A stretch of 64,000 bases of DNA, taken from contig OY730476.1 of NCBI GenBank assembly GCA_963422735.1, positions 4,000,880 to 4,064,879 of the forward strand, in the 5' to 3' direction. The notes under the pieces were generated by a model. It had not been told where the DNA came from and made no database searches. It was given only the letters and a program-made list of their open reading frames with translations. Shown here piece by piece: positions 54,600 through 64,000 of this stretch (its first letter is position 1; every line of letters starts with the position of its first letter). This stretch comes from Candidatus Latescibacterota bacterium (lineage in GTDB: Bacteria; Latescibacterota; UBA2968; UBA8231). Made by a program: the position numbers and the translations under genes.

Positions 54600-56096
54600 C
54601 TAGCGGCGATACTGATCGAGCGCTCCTCGCCTCGGATCGAAGGTCGTAGCGTGGTTCCACGAGGCGTCGTGCTTGTGCATCACGTCCCGGATTAGGCGAC
54701 GGCGGTAGAGGCTGTCGAGGTTGTCGGCGGCCATCTTATCGGGGTCGAAGCGGTCGAGGATCAGCCCGCGCAGGTGAGTCTCGATTGCAGTGTGCTCGGC
54801 TGTCCCGGCTAGGTTATTCCACTCGCCGGGGTCGCTTTCCAAGTCAAAAAGCTGCGGCTGGTGGCCGTGGATATAATTGTATTTGAACCGGCCTTGGCGG
54901 ACCATGATGCAGGGCGCGCCCACGGCCTCGTGGGCTTGGGCGAAGATGTGGCGGTCGGCGCTGTGGCCCTCAATGACTGGCAAGAGGCTGGTGCCATCGA
55001 GGGACAAGCTCGCCTCGGCACCGGCCAACTCGCAAAACGTCGGCAGCAGGTCGAGAAGCGAGGTTGGCGTCTCGACGGTGGTGCCGGCCTGCCACTGATC
55101 GGGGAAGCGGACGATGAGGGGGACGCGGCAGGACCACTCGTAAAAACAGCGCTTCTGTACCATCTCCTTTTCGCACAGCATGTCGCCGTGGTCGGAGGTA
55201 AAAACCACAACCGTGTTGTCGAGCAGGCCCGTTTCCTCCAGAGTTGCCATCAGGCCGCCGACCTTGTCGTCGAGGTACGTCACCAAGCCGTAGTACGCGC
55301 GGCGCAGGCGGCGCAGGCTTTCTGGATAGCGCAAGTTGAAGCGGCGGGTGCCGTGGTAGGCGTTGAGCCAGCGATCCATCGCCGAGTAACTCTCATCGAG
55401 ATAGGACGGGAATTCGGGAATGGCAATTTCGGCGTCTGCGTAGCGGTCCCAGTACGACTGCGGCGGGTGGAACGGCTCGTGTGGGTGGTGGAAGGAGGCG
55501 CAGAGGAAGAAAGGGGCATCGCCGCGTTGGGCGCGCAGATATTCGACGGAGCGGAAGTGAGTTTCTTCGTCGTAGCTGAGGGCGTTGTGCCAGAAATTGA
55601 CCCGTACGGCTTGGCCGGTGTAGCCACCAGCGTTGTAGGTCGGGCGGGTGCTCATAACTTCTTCGTAGTGGTCTCCCTTGGTCTCCTTGATGCGGATCCA
55701 CTCTTCCTTGACCCATGAAAAGTCGGGCGGGTAGATATCGGTCGTCAGTCGGCGGTGGAAGCCGTGTAGCTGATCGGGACCGACGAAGTGCATCTTGCCC
55801 GAAAGCACGGTGTCGTAGCCCGCGTCGCTGAGGTAATGGGCGTATGATGGCACATCCGCGGCCAACAGCGCGCCATTGTCCCAAGCACCGATCTCGGAGG
55901 CATGGCGTCCGCTGGTGATGCAGGCGCGGCCCGGAGCGCACAAAGGAAACGGAGTATAGGCCGAGTCAAAGCGGACGCCTTCGGCGGCGAGGTGATTCAA
56001 GTGCGGCGTCTGGACGACTCGATGGCCGTACGCACCGGTCAGGGCGGCGATGAGCTGGTCGGACATTATGAAGAGGATATTGGGGCGGTCGGGCAT
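54600..56096 (-). CDS. betC: choline-sulfatase-like arylsulfatase family enzyme
   Basis: NILFIMSDQ...PLCAPGRACITSG (CxPxR), SGKMHFVGPDQLHGFHRRLTTDIYPPDF. Confidence 0.8.
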   Translation of the reverse strand: MPDRPNILFIMSDQLIAALTGAYGHRVVQTPHLNHLAAEGVRFDSAYTPFPLCAPGRACITSGRHASEIGAWDNGALLAADVPSYAHYLSDAGYDTVLSGKMHFVGPDQLHGFHRRLTTDIYPPDFSWVKEEWIRIKETKGDHYEEVMSTRPTYNAGGYTGQAVRVNFWHNALSYDEETHFRSVEYLRAQRGDAPFFLCASFHHPHEPFHPPQSYWDRYADAEIAIPEFPSYLDESYSAMDRWLNAYHGTRRFNLRYPESLRRLRRAYYGLVTYLDDKVGGLMATLEETGLLDNTVVVFTSDHGDMLCEKEMVQKRCFYEWSCRVPLIVRFPDQWQAGTTVETPTSLLDLLPTFCELAGAEASLSLDGTSLLPVIEGHSADRHIFAQAHEAVGAPCIMVRQGRFKYNYIHGHQPQLFDLESDPGEWNNLAGTAEHTAIETHLRGLILDRFDPDKMAADNLDSLYRRRLIRDVMHKHDASWNHATTFDPRRGALDQYRR

Positions 56097-56161
56097 GGTT
56101 TAGCTTTCTGGTGAAGGGATCTTGTCTGGTGCCGACGCAGGCAAACATTGAGTTGGTTTAA

Positions 56162-57085
56162 TCAAGAAAACTGCGTAATGCGAATCGTGTAGTGGAACAC
56201 CTCATTGGTGAATTCAGCCCAACTCTCCCCGTCGTGCGCCAGATCGTCGAGCAGGAACACCTTCTCGACGCCCATCTGATCGAGCCTAGAGCGCATCTCG
56301 GCCGTTATGACACCGGCGATCAACATATTGACGCAATTCGGAGGCGTAGCTATGGCCCCAAGTCTTTCGAGCGCACCTGCCGGGTCCTTCCCTCCTTTGA
56401 TCTCGATGGTTGCTACATCTCGTGTAGTCCCAGATAGCTCTTGCCTGAAGAGGATGTCAGGTTCCGATCCATAGCGCATCGAATACCCATTCGGCAATTG
56501 GAACTCCGTCTTTGCGTCGTTCTGTTTGACAGTCAGATGACGGCGGTCCAGCCAGTTTCTAATGCGGGTCTTGACCAGATCCTCGGCATCTTGACCGATG
56601 ATGTTGCGGAATGTCCCATCTAGTCCAACCCCCATGTTGGCGATGATGTTTCGATATCCGTTATCCAGTGTCCATTTAGACGTACCTTCGATGATAGAAC
56701 AGATCACCGCATTGTATAGTCGAGCCACGCATTTACTCTGAGATTCATTTATAGGAGTCTTGCGAGTGCCGTCTTCCCAAGAGGCTACACTGTTAGCAAT
56801 ATCCGCGACCCGTTTCTGGGGCAGTAGGGCGATTCCCCGATAGTATTGGGATAGCTGGGGATGTTTGCGAAGAAATACCGGATTGGCAAAAACGAACTTG
56901 GGGTCAATGTTCGATCTGCTGATGTAATTCCATGCCTGTTGGCTGATCATCAGGTCTTTCAAGGGATGGTATTCCGGTTCTTCTTCCAAGTTGGCAATAA
57001 GGGTACGCAATGTACAATCAGTACGCTCTTGTATTCGTGCGGACATCAGGGTCGATTGGAACTGTGCATCGTGTAAGCTAGTCAT
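56162..57085 (-). CDS. putative type II restriction endonuclease
   Basis: Its ATG at 57085 overlaps the methylase stop by 8 nt (ATGACTAG). PD-(D/E)xK-like SEPDILF...ATIEIKGGKD. AT-richer than the flanks. Family not identified. Confidence 0.55.
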   Translation of the reverse strand: MTSLHDAQFQSTLMSARIQERTDCTLRTLIANLEEEPEYHPLKDLMISQQAWNYISRSNIDPKFVFANPVFLRKHPQLSQYYRGIALLPQKRVADIANSVASWEDGTRKTPINESQSKCVARLYNAVICSIIEGTSKWTLDNGYRNIIANMGVGLDGTFRNIIGQDAEDLVKTRIRNWLDRRHLTVKQNDAKTEFQLPNGYSMRYGSEPDILFRQELSGTTRDVATIEIKGGKDPAGALERLGAIATPPNCVNMLIAGVITAEMRSRLDQMGVEKVFLLDDLAHDGESWAEFTNEVFHYTIRITQFS

Positions 57086-58475
57086 CTGTGCGTACCCACA
57101 TGTAAACACACTTTCTTATTTCACGTCTGCCAAAGCGACGCATCTGCTGGCTTGAATTCCCTTTGCCTCGGGGTAACATCCAAATCTCCTCGCAACGGAA
57201 TCCTGACTGCTCGGCAAAGTCGGACAAGATCAGGTCCGTAGGGACTTCCTCGCCGTGATACTGAACGTTGTCGTTCACCATGAGCACCGTGCCGTCGGGT
57301 CGCAATATCCGCCCTAGCTCCGCGATGATGATCGCCATTTCAAAAAAATAACCTTCGATTAGACGGATCACATGCCTGTTCCCCAATTCATCGATGTGTT
57401 GATTGAGGATGGCGAGAATCTCGTGAATAGCACCTTGGCCTTCATACATTTGAATTGCGTTCGCCAACAAGGATGAATCTTCTCTGTATATTTCTTGCAG
57501 CCACTCCCTTTTCGATCTGTTTTCTACCGTCGCTGTCAGCATACGCTGTCGTAAGTTGGAAAATGCGTCTTGGTCGTATCCGAGCCAAGCTAGTTCGAGT
57601 GCATAAGTTCGCGTATAGTCATACCGATTGGCGTACGGGGGTGAAGTGATGACCATATCGAATCCGCCGCTTGGCAGAAAACGCAACAGCTCGAGGCTGG
57701 AACCAATTTGAAACGCTGGGTATCCTCCCCCATATTCCTGCTGTAGAATGGCGATATCCTGAGTCATTTCGAACAGACGATCACCAACGGCTTGTTCCAA
57801 TGCCAGTATCGGACCTTTGTCAACCTTGCTTCTAAGATTCCTTGCAGCCCGATGGTCCCACCGCAAGTATTGACCATCCTTGCGGGTGTAACTCACATCT
57901 TCCAAAACGGTCATACAGGCTAGGTCGAGCAACTTCTTGATGCCAGAATCCTCAATCGTATCGATGAACCTTCTCGCCTTAGCGATTGCAATTTCCGTCT
58001 CGGCTGGGAAGGCCGCTTCCGTTATCCTGACATGGGTAAACGAATGCTCAGGCTCGGGGACATCGCCTGATCTAATGCTGTCGAGCAGCGCAGCTCCGGC
58101 CGATTCAAATCTTTCTCGAGACAGCCCGTTGGCAGCCTCGGCGATCCCGTGGCCGACCATGACACCTACAGGCATAATCTCGATTCCCGTGGCTCGTAAA
58201 CCGCGTGCGGTGGCTACAAGGGGAGTCGTACCAATGCCGCAAAAAGGATCGAGGACGTTTGTTGGGTGGAACTTTTGTATAAAGCTCTCGACTAGCGAAC
58301 GAGAGAATCCCTCCTTGTACTTCATCCATCTCAGACCGGGAACGCGACGATTGCCCTGATACGACACGGTCTTGCGTGTGAACGCGCTGTTGACTTCTAT
58401 ACGACTCCCGAAACGCTCTTCGAGAGATCGACGTTCTTGGACACGGCCTCCGTTAGGGGAAATCGCAGGCTGCAT
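57078..58475 (-). CDS. DNA methyltransferase (N4-C/N6-A type, SPPY)
   Basis: 465 aa: VLDPFCGIGTTPLVA (motif I) and DMVITSPPYANRYDY (motif IV). Confidence 0.85.
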   Translation of the reverse strand: MQPAISPNGGRVQERRSLEERFGSRIEVNSAFTRKTVSYQGNRRVPGLRWMKYKEGFSRSLVESFIQKFHPTNVLDPFCGIGTTPLVATARGLRATGIEIMPVGVMVGHGIAEAANGLSRERFESAGAALLDSIRSGDVPEPEHSFTHVRITEAAFPAETEIAIAKARRFIDTIEDSGIKKLLDLACMTVLEDVSYTRKDGQYLRWDHRAARNLRSKVDKGPILALEQAVGDRLFEMTQDIAILQQEYGGGYPAFQIGSSLELLRFLPSGGFDMVITSPPYANRYDYTRTYALELAWLGYDQDAFSNLRQRMLTATVENRSKREWLQEIYREDSSLLANAIQMYEGQGAIHEILAILNQHIDELGNRHVIRLIEGYFFEMAIIIAELGRILRPDGTVLMVNDNVQYHGEEVPTDLILSDFAEQSGFRCEEIWMLPRGKGNSSQQMRRFGRREIRKCVYMWVRTDD

Positions 58476-58773
58476 AGATTCATCTCCTGAGAATAAGTTA
58501 AGACTTTATTTTATATGTCGGCTGTGTGTATTAGCAAACGAAGCTTGGACCTAGACTAGCGATGGCGAAAATTGATTAACTTGTGTCAAATATATGGAGA
58601 ATATAGAATGAGCAAGCCAACCCGCTTCACGGTACAACGGGGTCTCACTAAAAAATAGAACATTACTTCTTAATGATCCATCTGCTCGTACTGTAGTATA
58701 TACTTAACTGCCACAGTTCCTACTTTGGTCCTAAAACAATAAATCGGGCTTATGAGTTTCGCGCTCGTTCCCG

Positions 58774-59745
58774 TTACAGGAACTTCTTTAGGTAAGCAAC
58801 CGACTGCTCAAACTGCTTCAGCTCATAAGCAACCCGCACATCGGCACTCTCTCCGCGCTCGTGCGGCGTCTGCCAATCGTCTGGATCGCCAGCGGCCTGA
58901 TGCAGGGTGCGGATGGCATGTATCGCTTCCGGGAGCGGTCTTTGGGGAAAGGTCGCCCACCAGTCCTCTTCCAAAAGGCGAATGTGGCGGGCGACACTCG
59001 CGCCGAGTTCAATGCAGCCTTGGACTTGCGGCACCTCGCGGTCGAAGAGCGCAATTATCTCCGGCCAATCGACGACCCCGTCGCCGATGGCGCAGCGCTT
59101 GAGGCGGTAGCCCAAGGGCGTGGGGTGGACCGCGTAGTCCTTGATGTGGACGTGTTTGAGGATCGGCAAGATGCGCTCGGCAAAGGCTAGGGGATGCTCG
59201 CCGACGGCAAAGGCGTTGCCTACGTCCATGGTGACGCCTAGCTGGGAACTGCCGACTTTTTCGCACAGCGACAGCAATTCCCAAGAACACAGATCTTGAT
59301 GGTTTTCGATGCCCACCGGAATGCCGTATTCCTCGGCGAGTGGCATGGCTTTTTTGAAGGACTGTACCAAGGCTTCAATGTAATCCCGCATCCCCTCGTC
59401 ACCGTACTCGGTGCGATCGCCTTCGACGAGGCGGCTGACGGTGGTGCGCACACCGCGGGCACCGGTTTGGTGCGCCGTCTCAATAGCTTGGCGCAGCGGC
59501 GCAATGTCTTCGGCGTAGTTGTCACCGCCTGTGTCTAAGAACAGATCTAGATCGGCGCGAGTCTCGGCAAAAACCGCCCGCTCCTCGGGCGAGCAGTCGC
59601 CCAGCCATTGGGCCGCGAATTCGACGCTGTGGAGGCCCTTATCCTTGGCCAAGTGCGTCAGGCCCTCGGGAGTGTGGGGGTCAATGGTGCGGCTAGCTTC
59701 GCGGTGAGCGCCGGTGAAGCTCCAAGCGCAGAGGCCAATTTTCAT
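58774..59745 (-). CDS. sugar phosphate isomerase/epimerase (xylose isomerase-like TIM barrel)
   Basis: ORF trimmed to MKIGLCAWSF... The ATG overlaps the hisS stop (ATGA). Also IENHQD and HVHIKD. Confidence 0.8.
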   Translation of the reverse strand: MKIGLCAWSFTGAHREASRTIDPHTPEGLTHLAKDKGLHSVEFAAQWLGDCSPEERAVFAETRADLDLFLDTGGDNYAEDIAPLRQAIETAHQTGARGVRTTVSRLVEGDRTEYGDEGMRDYIEALVQSFKKAMPLAEEYGIPVGIENHQDLCSWELLSLCEKVGSSQLGVTMDVGNAFAVGEHPLAFAERILPILKHVHIKDYAVHPTPLGYRLKRCAIGDGVVDWPEIIALFDREVPQVQGCIELGASVARHIRLLEEDWWATFPQRPLPEAIHAIRTLHQAAGDPDDWQTPHERGESADVRVAYELKQFEQSVAYLKKFL

Positions 59746-61019
59746 GCGCGTTGCGTTTCGGTCAACTGGTCGAGAGGGACGTTTACCTCGGCACCGGTGG
59801 CGAGGGTTTTGATTCGCACCTGACCGTCGGCCCATTCGTCGGGGGCTAGCAGTACCAGCCGAGCGGCACCGAGCTGGTCGGCGCGGCGAAAGGCCCAGCG
59901 AACTTTTTTGTCTTCGAGGATCAAGTCAACCGAGCGGCCGGCCCGACGCAGTCGGACTGCCACATCCATGGCGGCCGGGCGCAGGTCGGCGTTGAAGGCA
60001 AAGACTAGATCGTCCACGGCTTTGGGGACAGCGGGTAGTAGCCCTTTGTCCCTGAGCGATTCGACGATGACCGCGTCGCCGCAGCCAAAACCGCAGGCCG
60101 GTGCGTCTTTGCCGCCAAAGGTCGAAAGCAGATGGTCGTAGCGGCCCCCACCGCAGATGGCGCGCAGCGAGCCGCCGCGGTCAAAAGCCTCAAAGACGAT
60201 ACCTGTATAATAGGCCAGCCCCCGCACTAGACTCGCCTCAAAAGAGAGCCAATCGGCATAGCCGTAGTCGGCGGCCAAGTCGAAGAGATGGCGCAGTTCG
60301 GCAATACCGGGATGGTCGGTCCCGATTGCGGCGGCTATCTGGCCGAGTTCGTCCAAGGAGAGGGCCTCGACAATGCGGTCAATCATGCCGCGCTCTAGGC
60401 CCAAGGCCGCCATGTCGCCCTCAATGGCCGCGCGCGGCACTTTTTCCAACTTGTCGATCAGGACGCACACCGGGGCGAACCGGTCGTCGGGTACGCCTAG
60501 GCTGTCGAGCAGCCCTTGGAGAATTTTGCGATTGGATACTTTAATGCCGACGTCCGTGGGACCGAGGCCGAGGCCCCGGAAAAAGGTGGTGAGGGCGGCG
60601 AGCAACTCGGCTTCCGCGGTCACTGCAGAAACGCCGACAATATCCATATTCCATTGATAGTGTTCGCGCCTGCGACCGCGGGTCATGCGCTCATAGCGCC
60701 AACACTGGGGAATGCTGAACCACTTGAGGGGCAGGGGCAAGGATCCCCCCTTTTGTAGCACCAGCCGGGCCAGCGACGGGGTCATTTCTGGGCGCAGGGC
60801 TAGGCGCCGGCCCCCTTTGTCGGCAAAGTTGTAGAGCTGGTCGGAGATCTCCTCGCCGGCCTTGCGCGTGTAGAGCACCTCGGATTCCACGACCGGAGCG
60901 TCGTATTCTTCAAAGGCGAAGAGAGCGGCCACAGCGCGAAAATGGCCCAGCAACCAGTTCTGCTGGCGCATATCCTCGGGGAAAAAATCGCGGGTGCCGC
61001 GGGGGGGAGATAGGTCCAT
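59742..61019 (-). CDS. hisS: histidine--tRNA ligase
   Basis: PRGTRDFFPEDM...RRLALRPEMTPSLARL...YERMTRGRRREHYQ. Confidence 0.95.
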   Translation of the reverse strand: MDLSPPRGTRDFFPEDMRQQNWLLGHFRAVAALFAFEEYDAPVVESEVLYTRKAGEEISDQLYNFADKGGRRLALRPEMTPSLARLVLQKGGSLPLPLKWFSIPQCWRYERMTRGRRREHYQWNMDIVGVSAVTAEAELLAALTTFFRGLGLGPTDVGIKVSNRKILQGLLDSLGVPDDRFAPVCVLIDKLEKVPRAAIEGDMAALGLERGMIDRIVEALSLDELGQIAAAIGTDHPGIAELRHLFDLAADYGYADWLSFEASLVRGLAYYTGIVFEAFDRGGSLRAICGGGRYDHLLSTFGGKDAPACGFGCGDAVIVESLRDKGLLPAVPKAVDDLVFAFNADLRPAAMDVAVRLRRAGRSVDLILEDKKVRWAFRRADQLGAARLVLLAPDEWADGQVRIKTLATGAEVNVPLDQLTETQRA

Positions 61020-61069
61020 AGCAGGGGTTTCCTAAGGAAATTTTGTCGGGGTACTGGCCGCCAGCGCTG

Positions 61070-62203
61070 CTACCAGTTGGTGAACGAGCCGTCTTCGCGG
61101 CGCAGGATCGGGCCGCCGAGCCACTTGAATTCACAGTGCTCGGCGGCTTCTTCGTTGAATTCTATTCCCAAACCGGGGCGTTCTGGCGGCAAGAGGCAAC
61201 CCGCCTCGTAGGGCAGTTGCACCGGAAAGAGATCTTCCATCGCGGAATGGCCCACGAGGCCGCCCTCCTGCACGGCGAAATTGTCGCAGGCGATGTCGAG
61301 GTGGGCGCAGGCTGCGGCTGAGACCGGACCGAGGGGATTGTGTGGGACGATCTTGATGTAGTGGGTTTCGCACCAATTGGCCACTTTGCGCGCCTCGGTC
61401 AGCCCGCCGACGATACACAAATCAATCCGCGCATAGTCCATCAGTTCCTCTTCGATCATCTGCCGGAACTCCCACTTGGTCGCGTAGTGCTCGCCGACGG
61501 CCAGCGGACAGCTAACGTGGCGACGCACCTGGCGATAGGTCTGGGGGTTTTCGCAGCGCAGCGGATCCTCGATGAAGAAGGGGTCGTATTCCTCAAGCTG
61601 GCGGCCGAGGCGGATGGTGTCGGGCGGGTCGAGGCGAGTGTGGACATCAATGCAGATTTCGATTTCCGGCCCGACGGCCTCGCGTGCGGCGGCAAAGTGG
61701 GCGATTGAGTCGCGGACGGCGGTGCGCGGTTCGAGGATCCCGTCGCGGTCAAAGACCGACATCCGCAGGTACTTCCAGCCCTCGGCGACCCGTTCCTGCG
61801 CCGCGCGGGCGGTGTCTGCGGGCGTCTGGCCGCCGATGCCGGTATAGCAGAAGACGCGCTCGCGCATCTTGCCGCCCAAGAGCATGTACACGGGTTGCCC
61901 GAGGGCCTTGCCCTTGATGTCCCACAGCGCGATGTCGATGGCCGACATGGCGGCCGCGTTGATCCGACCACCGGGGAAGAAATCGACGCGGAACAGCAGT
62001 TGCCAGATGTATTCGGTATTGAGCGGATCTAGGCCGATGATGTGGCGCTTCATGTGTTCGATGGCACCAATGCCGGCCTGCTCCTTCCAGGTAATGCCGA
62101 ATTCGCCGACGCCGTACAGACCAGCGTCGGTCTCGACTTTGACGAAGAGGTAGTTGCGCGACCCGTAACAGATGGGAAAGGTTTTGACATCGGTGATTTT
62201 CAT
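61070..62203 (-). CDS. enolase-superfamily sugar-acid dehydratase (galactonate/mannonate dehydratase-like)
   Basis: AAGGAG SD then MKITDVKTFPICYGSRNYLFVKVETDAGLYGVGE...AIDIALWDIKGKALGQPVYMLLGG. Confidence 0.8.
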   Translation of the reverse strand: MKITDVKTFPICYGSRNYLFVKVETDAGLYGVGEFGITWKEQAGIGAIEHMKRHIIGLDPLNTEYIWQLLFRVDFFPGGRINAAAMSAIDIALWDIKGKALGQPVYMLLGGKMRERVFCYTGIGGQTPADTARAAQERVAEGWKYLRMSVFDRDGILEPRTAVRDSIAHFAAAREAVGPEIEICIDVHTRLDPPDTIRLGRQLEEYDPFFIEDPLRCENPQTYRQVRRHVSCPLAVGEHYATKWEFRQMIEEELMDYARIDLCIVGGLTEARKVANWCETHYIKIVPHNPLGPVSAAACAHLDIACDNFAVQEGGLVGHSAMEDLFPVQLPYEAGCLLPPERPGLGIEFNEEAAEHCEFKWLGGPILRREDGSFTNW

Positions 62204-62242
62204 GTTCGGCTCCTTTGGTGGCTCCATAATATCAGGCCGCGA

Positions 62243-63187
62243 CTAGCCCAAAGCAAAGACGGCCTCTCCGACGACAATGGCCCCAAGCCCCAAGAACATG
62301 CCGACTTTGAGCAAGCGGCCGAGGCGGTCGTCCGTCAGCACAGCGCGTTGGCGATACAATTGCCAGAGAACGCAGCCGATCAAGGCGTAGACCGGCATCA
62401 GAGCGAGCGCGTAGAGCACGCCGTAGAGGCCCATGAAAAACGGCATCCAAGTAAACCCTACCAACAGCAAGTACACGAGAGCCACCAACGCCGCAGCTTG
62501 GGCACGTCCCCAAGAGAGGGGCAAAGTGCGCTCACCGCGGATCTGATCCCCGGCGATGTCCTCGATGTCCTTGACGATTTCTCGCCCCAAGTGAAAGAGG
62601 AAAGCAAAGAGCGCCGGAATCCACGAGCGTCCTATATCGCCGGCGGCCAAAGCACCATAGGGAAAGGCGATGGCCCCGACAAAGGCGACGAGTACATTGC
62701 CCCACAGCCGGCTATTTTTTAAGGAGACGCTATAAATGGCGAGTAAGACGGCAACGACTAGGGCGATCAGCCCATGCCAAGCGCTGAGCCAGAACGCGAG
62801 CGTACAGCCGGCCAGGGCGAGGAGCAAACTTTGCCTTTGGGCCGCGTTCGGGCTGAGGCGGCCCGAAGGCAGGGGGCGCAGCGGGCGGTTGATGCGGTCA
62901 ATATCTATGTCCATCAAGTCGTTGAAGGCATTACCAGCACCGTTGATTGACGCGGCAGAAAGGGCGGCGATCAGAATGGCGGGCCAAGCGGGAGCTTGAT
63001 CTACGGTCAAAGCGCCAATGCCGACCGAGAGGGCGGTAATCAGGCCGTTGAGTGGCCGAGGCAGGAGAAAAAACGCGCTGAGCTGTGACACGGGGTTTCT
63101 GTTTGTAGGCGAGCAAAAGTCCCTATATAAAAGCAAATCAAGAGAGCCGCCGCCAAGAGATTTTTGGCGGCTAAAGTGCGCGGGCAA
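62243..63187 (-). CDS. UbiA-family prenyltransferase
   Basis: NDLMDIDIDRINRPLRPLPSGRLS, about 8 TM segments. The true start is probably downstream of 63187. Confidence 0.8.
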   Translation of the reverse strand: MPAHFSRQKSLGGGSLDLLLYRDFCSPTNRNPVSQLSAFFLLPRPLNGLITALSVGIGALTVDQAPAWPAILIAALSAASINGAGNAFNDLMDIDIDRINRPLRPLPSGRLSPNAAQRQSLLLALAGCTLAFWLSAWHGLIALVVAVLLAIYSVSLKNSRLWGNVLVAFVGAIAFPYGALAAGDIGRSWIPALFAFLFHLGREIVKDIEDIAGDQIRGERTLPLSWGRAQAAALVALVYLLLVGFTWMPFFMGLYGVLYALALMPVYALIGCVLWQLYRQRAVLTDDRLGRLLKVGMFLGLGAIVVGEAVFALG

Positions 63188-63259
63188 ATTTGTTCTTGAC
63201 AGGGCCTGACGCGCAAAGTAGGTTCGCTAACATTTTGTTTCTCAACAAGTAAGCTAGCC

Positions 63260-64000
63260 ATGAACTTAGTTAAAGGGGCGTTGTGCGCCTCTCTTTTTTT
63301 TATCAGTTCCGCCTTGGCTAATCAGCCCTTGGTCGGTCTGTCTTGGAAAACGCCAGCCGAGCTAACCGCGATCGCCGCGCTGAGCGAGCAGGTGCGCTAC
63401 GTGGCGCGAAGCGTGGCTTTTGTCGAGGCTAGCGAAGGCGCGATTGAGGAGTTCGCAAAGCGAGGGTTTGCCATCCTCTGTCTCGATAGGCCGCGAGCGG
63501 GCGATCGCTACTTTGTTGCCGATCACCTCCATCTTCCCCTGCCCCAAGGCGTTGGGTTGGTCTTTGCTGGGGGAGGCGAATGGGTGCTCTTGCGCGTGGA
63601 GCAGAACGCCCGCTTGCACGAAGCTCCCCATTTCCTTTGGCCGCTGCCCAATAACTACAGCCTAGACGGGTGGTTAGGTGTGCCGAAGCGAGTGCCCAAG
63701 GCCATGCAAACAGCCTCGCCGGCTGTGGCCGCCCTTATCGAGGGAGTCGCAGCCGCGCGCTTGCAAGCCCACGTCGAAGCCCTCGCTCTGAAAGACCCGG
63801 CGCTGGGCAGCGTCCCGGGCAACATACGCAGCCGCTTTTCCGTGCATCCAGAAATGCTTGAGTCAACCGAATACATCCGCTCGCAATTGGCCGCGTCCCT
63901 CGGCGACGAGGCGGTCGAGCTGCATTCTTTTCCCATTGACTCGCGGCGCGTCATCTCCCACACCTCGCGTCGAGGCAACCCAGTGCAAGCACCAAGCGAC
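63260..64000 (+). CDS. secreted protein, possibly M28-peptidase-like (partial, runs off the window)
   Basis: Open frame from ATG 63260 to the window end (247 codons, my translation). Signal peptide MNLVKGALCASLFFISSALA. Family guess is weak. Confidence 0.4.
   Translation, partial: MNLVKGALCASLFFISSALANQPLVGLSWKTPAELTAIAALSEQVRYVARSVAFVEASEGAIEEFAKRGFAILCLDRPRAGDRYFVADHLHLPLPQGVGLVFAGGGEWVLLRVEQNARLHEAPHFLWPLPNNYSLDGWLGVPKRVPKAMQTASPAVAALIEGVAAARLQAHVEALALKDPALGSVPGNIRSRFSVHPEMLESTEYIRSQLAASLGDEAVELHSFPIDSRRVISHTSRRGNPVQAPSD

Overview
High-GC bacterial chromosomal segment with about 55 apparently intact genes. No similarity search was possible, so all family calls come from motifs I recognise in the ORF translations. 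Coordinates of features not in the ORF track come from my own reading of the sequence. Core content: aspS, glcB, purM, hisS, mqnB-mqnD (futalosine menaquinone route), tRNA-Glu(CUC), csp plus an RRM protein, a heterodimeric ABC exporter pair, and a cation/proton antiporter with RCK domains. There is a large carbohydrate and oxidative catabolism complement: five PhyH-type Fe(II)/2OG dioxygenase paralogues, two amidohydrolase_2 genes, GH10 xylanase, an SGNH esterase, sulfatase, Gfo/Idh/MocA, ThuA, two xylose-isomerase-like TIM-barrel genes, two enolase-superfamily genes and two DUF5916/CBM9-like secreted paralogues. Between these core genes sit short, visibly AT-richer accessory islets that are largely dead. 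Two DNA methyltransferases are disrupted. A type I R-M locus is collapsed to an hsdM head and an hsdR tail. All three toxin-antitoxin modules carry an inactivated toxin next to an intact antitoxin (two in-frame TAG codons, one frameshift). Several secreted or accessory genes are frameshifted. One type II R-M pair looks intact. The most interesting signal is not a protein system. A 30-codon leader ORF with six consecutive Asn/Asp codons, followed by mutually exclusive hairpins and a strong intrinsic terminator, lies immediately upstream of aspS. I read this as a candidate ribosome-mediated attenuator of an aminoacyl-tRNA synthetase gene. Other notable items: a perfect (AACCACT)10 heptanucleotide array just upstream of mqnB with degenerate relatives at two other intergenic sites, a perfect GAAC-N4-GTTC-type palindrome upstream of a small tail-anchored ORF, and a roughly 218-bp MITE-like palindromic element. 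I found no CRISPR array, rRNA, integrase, transposase or clear multi-gene novel defence system.
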